A stretch of DNA of 64,000 bases. It comes from Euprymna scolopes. Taxonomy: Eukaryota. Under the pieces are notes generated by a model that was not told where the DNA came from, searched no databases, and worked only from the letters and a program-made list of their open reading frames with translations. Within the stretch, counting starts at the first letter, position 1. Each line of letters begins with the position of its first letter. This document shows positions 13,990 through 25,283 of this stretch, one piece after another. Position numbers and translations under genes: made by a program. The stretch lies in the NCBI GenBank assembly GCA_053919585.1, contig CM132802.1, one strand, 5' to 3'.

Positions 13990-14572
13990 AATTTACAATT
14001 TCCAATTCTTGTCATGGAAGAGGTATTTCCTTTTAATGTATTAATACCGACAACGATTTGTTTGTATCAAAATCATAATTTTATTTTCTGTTCGGTTATA
14101 TTTTAGATGACCAAACAGTCCTCGGACATTTGTAAAAAATAAAATCTTATCTCGATGTTCAGTCTGTCTTTCTGCCAGACTCTTCTTTCGCAGGATTCTA
14201 GAGTCCTCTCTGTTCTATAATATTTGCTTGCATAAATTTACATTAGTTCTCTCAGTATTTATTTTTGCCCTAATTTCTAACCACATTTCATTCAAAATAG
14301 TATTTATTTCGTTGTCCATTGTTTCTACTACAAAGGAACGTGCTGCTTTCCAATCTCTCTCAAATATAATTTTATTTTTTTCAATTTTTGACATGAAGTA
14401 TTACTTTTTTATACATAGTCTGAAGGCGAAATGCTTTTGTCTGGGTTTCTAATATTTCTATATTGTCACTTCTACTTCAATTATGCATCTATTTATAAGA
14501 GCTAGATATAATTCAGTATTCTTTGGAAGCATATTTGGAGAATTTACTGACATTGCTATTTGATTATTTCAG

Positions 14573-14764
14573 CTCCTATAGTATCTTGGTACTATAATAA
14601 CCACTTGGTGAAACCATCAAAATACTTCAAGATGACATCCACGCAAGATGGCGTTCATACTTTGACTTTGTTGGAGGCATTCCCTGAAGACAGTGGCCAA
14701 TATAGATGTGTGGCTAGAAATAAAGCCGGAGAAACATCTTGTGTTTGCAATCTCGTTGTTGTTG
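14573..14764 (+). CDS. sls: Exon 10, Ig4 C-part
   Basis: tatttcAG; APIVSWYYNNHLVKPSKYFKM...EAFPEDSGQYRCVARNKAGETSCVCNLVVV; G|gtaaat; phases 1-1. Confidence 0.92.
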
Positions 14765-15229
14765 GTAAATATTTTCATTTTTTTTCTCAAATTATTATTT
14801 TTTTAACTTCTAAGGTTACTACTTATCAAGGCTAGAAGACACTTGAGCATAAGGGTTAATGAGATGGAAATGATTGCTAGCCAAAGGAATTTTTCACTCC
14901 AGCGCCAACTTGTGGTCTCCATTAGGGCACAGCTAAGGATGTGCCACAGGTATTGCATTCTCTTTAAAAGAAAGGCAGCCTTCTCTGTTCATGTTTCTGC
15001 CAGAAGTAGTGATGATGTCTATCATATCCAGATTTAAAATCGTCTTGGACAAAACATTCAAACAATATATAGACGTATACATTTGCTAACAGTCCTTTTA
15101 TATGATTTGGACTTTGCTATTTTTGCATAATAACAAGATAAGGATAATTTTATTTAAATATCTCAATAGTGGAACACTATTGAAGTACTAATATCGATCA
15201 ATGATATCAACTGTGTTTGATTATTTATG

Positions 15230-15920
15230 AAGAAGTTCGCTACAAAATTTGTTAATTACCAAGTTGTATTCAGCAGGAAAGTAGCCCTCCACTATCATAT
15301 TTAACAGATTTAAAGCTCTTACAATGAATCTGTGTCCATAGAAATTCCACCTGATGAAGGCATATGAAGGAAGAAAGGAAAATCTTTTTTTATTGTGGCG
15401 AAAAGTTGAGGTCTTACAATGTATCACCAAAGATTGGAGCTCAGTCAAGCATCTTCCATGGAAATAACGATATAGTAGAGAGAGGCTAGCAATGTCTCGT
15501 CCATGAGCAATGGATTGTAGGGTTAAGAAGAAATCTCCCCATACTAGATTTTAAGGTCGGTTTTGTATTATAAGATTCAAACTTTTTTGGTTTTTACTAA
15601 CAATACATTATTTATTAAGGCCCAAAAGCCACTCAGGAACAAGGGTTAATTGGTTTGTGTCCGGTGGATGGATAGGCAAACACATTGAGAATTGCAGATG
15701 ATGGTTTGATCTCGGCAGAATTTTATTTAAGAGGACAGCCTAACAAGAATTTTTTACATTGAACTTGAAAATGACCACGTTGTAGTCAGTTGGGAAGCAG
15801 CCACATGGCATTGCATTCAACAAGTCAAGTTTTTGCAAAGGAACTGCTCATGGAAATTCAATTTAGCTCTAGGTATACAGAGAAAGAAAGGAATATTTTT
15901 TTACACTGGGTGTAACTAGA
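15230..15920 (-). mobile_element. CR1-group LINE 3' fragments
   Basis: Minus-strand LQSIAHGRDIASLSLLYRYFHGRCLTEL; family 3' end also at ~14820, 15610, 45225, 47500, 49227 and (plus strand) 34850. Confidence 0.55.
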
Positions 15921-16115
15921 GGAGTTCTTTTATTTTAAGATTTTGTACATCTATACAATAATAAACTGAACTGAAACCAATATTTCATTCACAAGCATTC
16001 TATTTCATATTCATGATGACTTAAAACTGTTATAAATACAGTTCTTTGCTTTTTATCATTTCCATTTTTTAGTATTTTTAACAGTTAAGAAATTAAAAAC
16101 AAACTTTTTTTTCAG

Positions 16116-16309
16116 GAATGGAAAGTGAACCTGAACCTGCTGCTCCTGAGACTGTGGTTCAACCACCAAGTTTCATCAAGCCTATATCGAATATCGTTAT
16201 TGATGAAGGCTCTCCAACTTGCTTTGAAGCCATATTTGCTGGTGTACCTGAGCCAGAAATTACTTGGCTCCGTAATGGAGAACCAATTCAAAATACAAGA
16301 GATTTCAAG
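16116..16309 (+). CDS. sls: Exon 11, Ig5 N-half
   Basis: ttttcAG; GMESEPEP...PPSFIKPISNIVIDEGSPTCFEAIFAGVPEPEITWLRNGEPIQNTRDFK; AAG|gttagt; phases 1-0. Confidence 0.92.
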
Positions 16310-16607
16310 GTTAGTTTTCCTTTTTCATCCTCCTTCACTTCCTCTTCCTCTTTACATTGCATGCTCAAAACAAAATTATGTACCATATCTTATTTTATTT
16401 TCATCATAGTTTGCCTCATAAATATCATGGTATATATTTTTAATAAAGGAGTTTAAGGAAAAATGAATAATTCTTTGTGAAAATTTACTGATTACTAAAT
16501 AAAATTCACACTGTTTGTTTATAACATTTCATTGGGAAGTTTTCATTTGCACAAAATAAATGTAAATAATTCATATATATATATATATTTTTATTGAACA
16601 CTTTCAG

Positions 16608-16737
16608 ATTGACAGAGTTGGTAATATGACATTGTTGGCCATTAAAGAAGCTTTCCCAGAAGACAGTGGCCTCATCACTTGCCGTGCCAGAAATTGCGCC
16701 GGTGTCGCTGAATGTTCTGCTGAATTTTATGTTCAAG
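16608..16737 (+). CDS. sls: Exon 12, Ig5 C-half
   Basis: ctttcAG; IDRVGNMTLLAIKEAFPEDSGLITCRARNCAGVAECSAEFYVQ; G|gtatga; phases 0-1. Confidence 0.92.
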
Positions 16738-18609
16738 GTATGATCACTATAGATATCATTCTAACCTCTTCTGTTTTGTGTCTTTAAAGATTTGCATCTA
16801 ATATTTTCCTGCATGGTACTAGATATACACATATAATAATATTTATGTTTGTTTTTTGTATTGTTTGCATAACAATATAGCAAAAGCATTCTATAAGAGT
16901 TTACAATATTTGGTCATCTTATTTATAAACTAAAGTGACGTTTTCCCCTATTCCATCGACCACAATCGTCCTATAAACAAAAGCTGCATACACAAATCTG
17001 CTTCTGCATCAGTTTAGATCTATAATGGATACATGTTTCATATCAGTTTCTTCCATACAATTTCATTTATTTCTATTTTTTGTCCAATTCAACAATTTCT
17101 CTTCAGATAATCATGCATAAAAAAACAATCCGAGTAATTTTCAATTTCTCTTTCTTATGTACACCTCCCCTCTATCACTTTCACCATCAGCATTTCTCTA
17201 GTAAGGTACGTTTATCGGTGAACATTTACATGACATTCTTTCACATTCCTTTTCATTATCTTATACGAATAAATATTGCTTTCCTCAATATTTACTTACC
17301 TTCAAACAAATAGCGATTATTTCATACTCTTTAATTCATACTTAACTCAAAATACATCTAACATAATATATACACAACAGACAGTATTCTTTCATCTATT
17401 ATTACAGTTTTATGCTACCATATACTTTTAATCTATTATTACAGTTCCGTGCTACCATACACCTTCCACCTATAATACAGAATATTTTTATAAATGCTAG
17501 CAAAAGAAAACTCGTTTTTAAATGCTACAATTGATAACATCAATTTTACTCTGTATCAATATTCGTTGTTCATAAAATAGTTAAGATAATCTTTAAGCTC
17601 TTCCACTTGACTTTTTAATTGCAAGGCAGTTTTCGTTGTTACTTAATTATCCCTCTAATATTTGAGTAAGTGGATTTGAGATCTTTAAATAAAATTATCC
17701 TTATCTTGTTATTATTATCCTGAGTATTTTCGGCATAAGCATTACACACAAACATATATGATTGAAGGAAAAAATAAGATAAAACCATAAGTTTATGTTT
17801 CATTTGTAATTATGTCAAAGACTATTTCATTTACATTTTTCACAGTTTTGTAAGTAAAAAAAAATTAGACTTTACAAAACTTCCAAATGAAATCATTTAA
17901 ATCCATTAGAACAAAGTTATTTTTTTCTCAGTGCCCGTTTCAATTTGAATTTTAAAACACAACGCAGAAATAAACTATTGAAAAAGTATTTTATATTTTG
18001 AAAATAGAAACTAAAAAATATCACAATTGCTTAAATTAAAAAATGATGATTTATATTATGAAATAAATAATAAGCAACAACAGAGCAACGCTTATCATAC
18101 TGCACCAAGAAGTAAAAATTAATTATAAAAAAATAAAAACAGGAAATCATTGATGAATGGAGTATCTTTGCCGAGAAAATTTAGTTTCAATCATAGTTTG
18201 TAAAAAATGTCAAGAATGTCTATCCCGTGAATACTCAGAATAATCAATAAATATCACACTAATTATTATATAATAAAAAGCACTAATTTGTGTACATATT
18301 TAACATGCTTGATAAATATTTTTTAGATTTTATTTACTAATTTTATATTTTTGTGTTTTTATGATTGAAATTAAATTTCAACAAACCTCGGAACGCTTTT
18401 TATTTATTTTGCTTTTTTTATTGTGATTTATTAAAACAAATCCTTATATTTAACGGTTTGGCAAATACCTTGTGTATTTCTGTGCCTTTTGCCGACCTAT
18501 TTAATAAAGGCTTTTTTTATAAAATGATTGTAAAATAAATAATGTTTTCTTTTCTTTTCTTTTTCACTTTGAAAGCTAAATTTAAAGCCATTTTGCATCT
18601 GTGAATTGT

Positions 18610-18686
<77 letters not shown>

Positions 18687-19948
18687 GAAACAGAGATATA
18701 GATTTATTATTTGAATTACTTTTACATAGAAAGTAGATTGAAATCCCAATATTACTAACATTACTAAAGATCTAAATATAATTTTTTTCTGTGTTTAAAA
18801 TTAATACGATTGTTTCTACTGTTTTAAACGTACATTTTTCTTAACAAGAAACAATTCAATTTATTCTTTAAAGTTTTCATTGAAAAAAGTATTGGATTAA
18901 TTAAGATGTGTATGGCAAATATTTATGATTTAACAAAAGTATATCAAAATACTCCTCACCTCTTTTTATTGTCTTCTTCCTCAGTCATTTTTAATGTGTA
19001 TAAATGCAATCAATTTATGTTATTTTAATATTTTTAATCCTGTTTGCAGTTTAAAAACTAAAGCATGGTTTTCTTTTTTTTAATTCTTTTGTATTTTTAT
19101 TAAATCTTCGAGGAATTTTCATCTTAAATAATGCATGAATAATTTCTAAAAATAGTTGAAATTTTTTTGAGTTTATGCACAAATACATCTTGCTTGATGG
19201 CTGCTTTGGTATTATGTCATGAATACTGCTGCATGTAATTGTAAGTATTTCTTGTATATATTTTTTATCAATGTTTCTGTAATTCATTTTAAAAATTATT
19301 TTGTGATTAAATTTAGTGTTGACATTGTCTAAAATTAAAGTTTTAAATATTGGAAAAAATTCTCAAAACTTTTCTTTGAATTGTTGTACATATTTTAAAA
19401 ACATAAATACTACGAAAGTCTTATGATTTAAATATGTAACAAACACTTTTGAAGACTGTTTCTTATACTTTTAATTTGTATCATGAAAGTATGCGTGTGT
19501 GTTAGGAAAATTTCAGTTTGAATCATGAGTGAGATCTATATAATTTTTGAAAACAATGTAGATATTTTATACAAATGATATGTTTCAATGCTGCAGTTGA
19601 GCATAAGCTCAATAGTTAACAAATTATATCATTCGAAATATTCACAAGATTATTTATCATTTCAAATATTAAAAAAACAAAATACCCTTACAACGTTCTA
19701 TATATGTATGCACGTTTCTTTATTTATCATTATCAAAATTACATTTTTGTAAAATCCCGATAGATAAAGAATTTTTCTCATAAGCATATTGGAATATTTT
19801 TTAATCAAAATTCAGAATTTATTAAAAATGTCATTTTTATAGTGACTAAAACTTTAATCTAGGAAACGTGTAGAAGAAGATTGATGGAATATTAATTTAG
19901 GGAATTCGATTTGAATATTTAAAACTTAATGTAGGCATATACATATCC

Positions 19949-19999
<51 letters not shown>

Positions 20000-20158
20000 T
20001 GGAAGTTTCTTTAAAACCTTTAAAACTCTTAAAAAAAATGTGTCTTTCGTTGAAACATTATATTGTAAGCCAATTGATCTCCCATGTAGCTGAATAGTTT
20101 TACTTATATGAACAAACAAAAGTATCAATGTTCTTAAAGGGATCATCAGTTGTTTACC

Positions 20159-20235
<77 letters not shown>

Positions 20236-20239
20236 TAGT

Positions 20240-20562
20240 AAGTTATATTTCATTGACGAAAGAACCGAATCAATCCACAATCATAATTTTGTAATTAAAA
20301 ATAAAATTATTTATAATATAGGCGATGCATATATTTTTGCTGTTAATGCCTTACACGTGTTTCGCTGTGTTGTTATTGTTCAATAAAATAAAAAATATTT
20401 AAAAGTAATAAATAATAAACAAATATTACGATTATAGATTGATTCTGTTGTTTTGTCATTTGAATGTAACTTACCAGTATATATGCTTTGAAACCGGAAA
20501 TATATCTTCATTGAGCTGATTATTTGTAACAATTTGGACTATATTATAAAGAATATATGCGT

Positions 20563-20621
<59 letters not shown>

Positions 20622-20997
20622 GCATATACCTATTCGTATATATAAGCTTCTATAAAATATATATACTTTTAAGTATATATTACTTATAGTATAGTTCAAA
20701 TTGTTACAAATAATAAGCTCAATGAAGATATATTTTCGGTTTCAGATCATATATACTGGGAAATTACATTCAAATGACCAAAGAATAGAATCAATCTACA
20801 ATCGTAATATTTGTTTATTATTTATTACTTTTAAATATTTGTTTATTTTATTACATCATGACAATGCATCGAAACGCGTGTTCGACAATATCAGCAAAAA
20901 TATAGGCATCACCTATATTATAAGTATATTTTTTTCAAATTACAAAAATTAGGATTGTGGATTGATTCGGTTCTTTGGTCAGCGGAATGTAACTTAT
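20240..20997. repeat. Long foldback: ~320-bp inverted arms around a (TA)n spacer
   Basis: 20240-20558 is the imperfect reverse complement of 20675-20997; each arm also has its own ~45-bp terminal inverted repeats. Confidence 0.85.
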
Positions 20998-21085
20998 ATA
21001 TATATAATCATTAAATGCATGAATATAATGTTTTCCAGTAATCGTTAAGTACATCTAATATTGAATTTTCTTATTTCATTTTCAG

Positions 21086-21209
21086 AAGAACAAGAGCAAC
21101 CCGATGATAAGGTATCCAAAACTGGAATTCGTCTTGTTCAACCGAAATTGCCAGTATTCAGAAGGTCACTACCACAAACTTATAAGGTGAAAGTTGGTCA
21201 AACAGCTAG
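21086..21209 (+). CDS. sls: Exon 13, Ig6 N-part
   Basis: ttttcAG; EEQEQPDDKVSK...LPVFRRSLPQTYKVKVGQTA; AG|gtatgt; phases 1-2. Confidence 0.88.
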
Positions 21210-22547
21210 GTATGTCTATATTAATTCTATTAATTACAAATGATTATACTCACATGAAAATTTCACAACTGTTTTTACAATATTTTCATCATTTAATAAT
21301 AATTAATAACAATATTCCTTTTGAAATAAATGCCTGTCAGGGTCTATAGTGTTAGGAAAAAATTACTCTTTTTCTTTTCTTCCACAAAAATGATTGTCAT
21401 CGTCAAGTAAATATTTTTCAGATCAATAAAACAAATGTATCTCCTATTTGCTTATTAATTTAATTAAAATTGTAGCAATTTTATTCTTTTCTTTTTAAAC
21501 AATAAATATTCTTCGTCTTCTTACCATAAAAACAATTGTCAACTAAATATTCAACAAATCATTAAAACGAATGAAACTTTTAGAAATTTATTTAAAATTG
21601 TAGTTTTACTGTATTGGCGACCACATAATTTTGGAACAGTTCGTTTAAAAAATGAGTAATGTGTTTTTTTACCTTAGAGACATTAGATTAATCATTAATT
21701 AACGTTAATCTAATATTTTAATATGTGTGAAAGGTGATAATGTACGAACGAACATAAAATGCCTCAGTAGGTTATTATATAGATTCTATTCCTCCACATT
21801 CCATAGTTCATGACCTCTGTTCAATTTGGAGAGGCAATGGATACCCTCTGTAAGGGTACCTGTATGTGTAAATATGAAGCAAAGGTGATGAAATCTCCAA
21901 CCACACCTCTCCTGCTTGATTCCAGGACGATTAGAAACATTAATGAGATAAGTGTTACAAACATGGTTATATAGATTTTATCATCATCCAGGAATAAACT
22001 TACATATAAGAGCATTTCAATTAAATATGTATGAAAGGTGATAACGTACGAACGAATATGAAATGCTTCATTATTATTTATTTGTAATTAACAAGCACTG
22101 AACTGTTATCCTCATCTTAGTAGTAATATTCACAATTTTTCGACTGGTGTGACATGTTCCTTCTTCTGGTATGCAATTGTGGTCCATTTGTGTCCACATC
22201 TGTATAATAATACACTAAGGTTCTGGTGACAACATGTCATGGAAAAAGGAATGTTTTTATTCCTGATAAGGATATATAATGTTGAAAGATTGTTGGTGTT
22301 AAAAATAAGTAGATTTAAAGTCAGCTAAGTTTCACCATTTATTTAAAAATAAAATTGCATTGTTTTCATTTAATATGCTCTAATTTTGATGATTATAAAA
22401 ATATACACCGATAAGAAACGAACATATGCATGAGTGGATGGTCAACCTCATTATGAATTCAAGATGGCCGCCATCACAATATGCAAATTTTACAATTGAT
22501 TTCGATAGTCCTATTTATATGCTACAAATATTGTCTACATTGAGTAT

Positions 22548-22938
22548 ATCAGCTACCTTGGCCTTCGGGACAAGATCAAAGTGTAGTATCTGTTCCGGCA
22601 GATGCTGCACTTAAGATAATTTGTGCCAGTCAGTGGAGGGGAAACCCTCTATACTGGGACAATTATTATTTTTGGTAACCAGAGTGCCCCCTTTTTGCCT
22701 ACTTTTAGGGGAGCTGGTTTTTACCTCACATTAAAAACGGCCTTGTGCCTAATTTGCTCAGTGGGGGAGCAAATAAATACCATCTGTTCTTCAGATGCTG
22801 CACTTCTATTTCTTGTTCTCTTTCGGTGGAGGAGAAATCCTTCACGACTGAGACAATTTTTATTTTTGTACCTTTTCTCCACGTTAAAAAACGTCCCTGG
22901 TGTCTAACTCTGTCCCGTGGGGAGGCATAGTAAATAGG
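22548..22938 (+). mobile_element. U2 snRNA-headed short retroposon, dimer (monomer A 22548-22781, 5'-truncated monomer B 22782-22938)
   Basis: Starts ATCAGCTACCTTGGCCTTCGGGACAAGATCAAAGTGTAGTATCTGTTC, like the U2 5' end; Sm-like ATTTTTGG at 22668; flanked by TACATTGAGTATA / TACATTGGGTATA (13-bp TSD, 1 mismatch). Confidence 0.75.
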
Positions 22939-23093
22939 TACATTGGGTATACAATGAAAGGTTATGGTTACAGTCATTTTAAAAACTTGGTATAAAAATG
23001 ATTTAAAAAAAAAATAGCTCTCAAGTGTTAAATAACCCGTTGCATAATGATTAATATTAACAATGTGTTATTTGTATCAATTGTTTTATTCAG

Positions 23094-23311
23094 GTTGGAA
23101 GCCCAAATTGATGCCTATCCACCACCTTTGACCAAATGGTATGTCAATGGTGTCGAGATTGTAACCTCTGAACATTACCAAATGATCCAAGAAGGAAACA
23201 CTGTTGTCTTGATTATATTCCGCATCACAAAACAAGATGCAGGAGAATATATTCTCCGAGTTGGAAATGAACTTGGTGAAGCTACATGTAGAACAACTAT
23301 TGTCATTGAAG
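23094..23311 (+). CDS. sls: Exon 14, Ig6 C-part
   Basis: ttattcAG; LEAQIDAYPPPLTKWYVNG...QDAGEYILRVGNELGEATCRTTIVIE; G|gtaggt; phases 2-1. Confidence 0.92.
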
Positions 23312-23355
23312 GTAGGTTTTTCAAAAATTAAATTTTTCAATATTTTTTAATGCGA

Positions 23356-24060
23356 TCTTCTATAATATAAAGAAAAGTTGTAATTCTGTGTGCCCAGCTA
23401 AAAGTCAGAAACTACGAAAGATACATGCACAAACCTTACATCATTGGATTCAGTGTGGGATAAAAATTACTTTTTTTCCATTCTAACTGGTCGTTTGGAA
23501 AATAACTGAAATTATGTCAAATAATTAATTTTTCTTTGTTTTCTTTCTAGTCTTTGTTTTATTATATTGAACCAATTGTCAAGGAGAGAGTGGGCGAGGT
23601 GGTGCGACAGTCGGAAAGGGGTAAAAAGAGAGGAAATTTGTTAAAAGAAAGATGTTACACATTTTTGTTATCTATGCCCCCCAGATAACGTTGTGTATCC
23701 CTGCTAGTACTAATACAACATCAATACATTAGAAGGTGTATTTTAGTTATTGCATTGAGGATAGAAACAAATACTTTTTCATTCTAATTGGTGGTTGTTT
23801 GGAAAATAGCACTGAAACTAGGTCAAACATTTAATTAACTTTTTACTTTTTCTTTCTTTCTCTTTCTTTATTATATTGAACAAATTGCCAGAGAGAGATA
23901 GAGAGAAAGAGAGAAGGGGATGAAGAGAAAGGTAGTTGGGGTAATTGAAAGGAGAGGTAGAACAGAAAGGAACTAAAAAAAGGTTGTTGCACACACTTTA
24001 AAATATTCTTTTATTTTGTTATCCATAAGTCCAGGTTACGCAGTGTGTCACTGCTGATAC
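23356..24060 (+). mobile_element. Helitron-like non-autonomous element with partial tandem duplicate
   Basis: TC..TATAATATAAAG start, subterminal hairpin-like sequence and CTGCTAG end at 23707; 23745-24060 repeats its 3' part; related sequence near 4795-4975 and 34940-35230. Confidence 0.4.
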
Positions 24061-25120
24061 TAATACTGCATCACTACTTTGAAGGAAAGTGTATTTTGAA
24101 AATAAGATATACTTTTATTAAATATTTTTCTATCATGAAATACATTGGTTTATAAAAATTTTAATTTTATTAAATGTACTATATTGTAAAATTGTTTTCA
24201 AAACTAAATATATTTTCTTTTAATTTATTTTGACATTTGCATATAATCAAAATTTAGAATATAGCAAATTAAAAGATAAATGTCTATGCTTAATTCCCAA
24301 GGTAAATCATCAGGCTAATTGCTCTACTAAGCTCCATTCACATACTGAACACTTTAAAATAAATTTGATGAACCTTTAAAAATAAATATAAATAAATGAA
24401 CTTATATATATTAAAAATACATGAATGTTTATATATGTTCTGTATTTACTACTTATTTTCAAACGTTTCTTCGAGCTTCCTAAATGTAATAAAAGGTATG
24501 TGGTGGTAGTAGCAGAGTAAGAAAGGGTATAGCCAATGGGATGAAGAAATGTTTACATGTGAGCATATAAGCATTTTCATATCTAAAGGGATTGGTAACT
24601 TACTTGGCATTCTAACATTTCTCCAAAACCTAATTGGACCATAAAATGTTGGAGTGTACCCATACACACACACTCATACATATGTATATGTAAACATGCA
24701 CATACATACATATACACACATACATAAACTTAGATGCATGCATAAATACACACACACAGACACAAAATTAGAGTACAATTTCTATAAAAACGACTAGGAA
24801 ACTTATCCTTTGCCAGTGTTCACATTAATATATAAGATAATGATTTTTTTTTTAACTTACCATTTTGTGACGTTTTCCTTTCTTTTTTTTCTTATAATTT
24901 TATGGATGGAAATGTTATTTTCTATGAATATTAGGACACAAACGGCATATTTTTTCATGTCATTTTATATATTGAAAAATTCTTTTAATAACTAAATATA
25001 TTTTCTCTTAATTCAAATAATTTGTTTATAATTGCAAAGCGATAAGTCGATAATATCATACGTTTTGTTTCTTCACTAATGGTTCTACTTTTACTGATTG
25101 AGATATTATTTCATTTATAG

Positions 25121-25283
25121 GTAAAAAGAAAGAGGTCAGTGTCCCCGATGTGCCAGAAACGGTCACTGTTAAAATGATTGAAAAACAAGAGAAAACTGTT
25201 ACAACACAGATAAGAAAAGTGAAACCCGTCTTTGTTGAGCCAATTCAACGTGAGATATGCATACGTGAACGTGGAATTGCAAG
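25121..25283 (+). CDS. sls: Exon 15, Ig7 N-part
   Basis: catttatAG; GKKKEVSVPDVPE...KPVFVEPIQREICIRERGIA; AG|gtgagt; phases 1-2. Confidence 0.85.

Noticed and set aside
13588-14106. YIYI-rich and X-containing ORFs (also near 9921, 19919, 20150, 44323)
   Set aside because: Translations of (TA)n microsatellites and N gaps.
22548-22781. Canonical functional U2 snRNA gene
   Set aside because: Clear similarity ends after about 48 nt, canonical stem IIa and the stem-loop IV loop are not recognisable, and it is TSD-flanked like a retrocopy.
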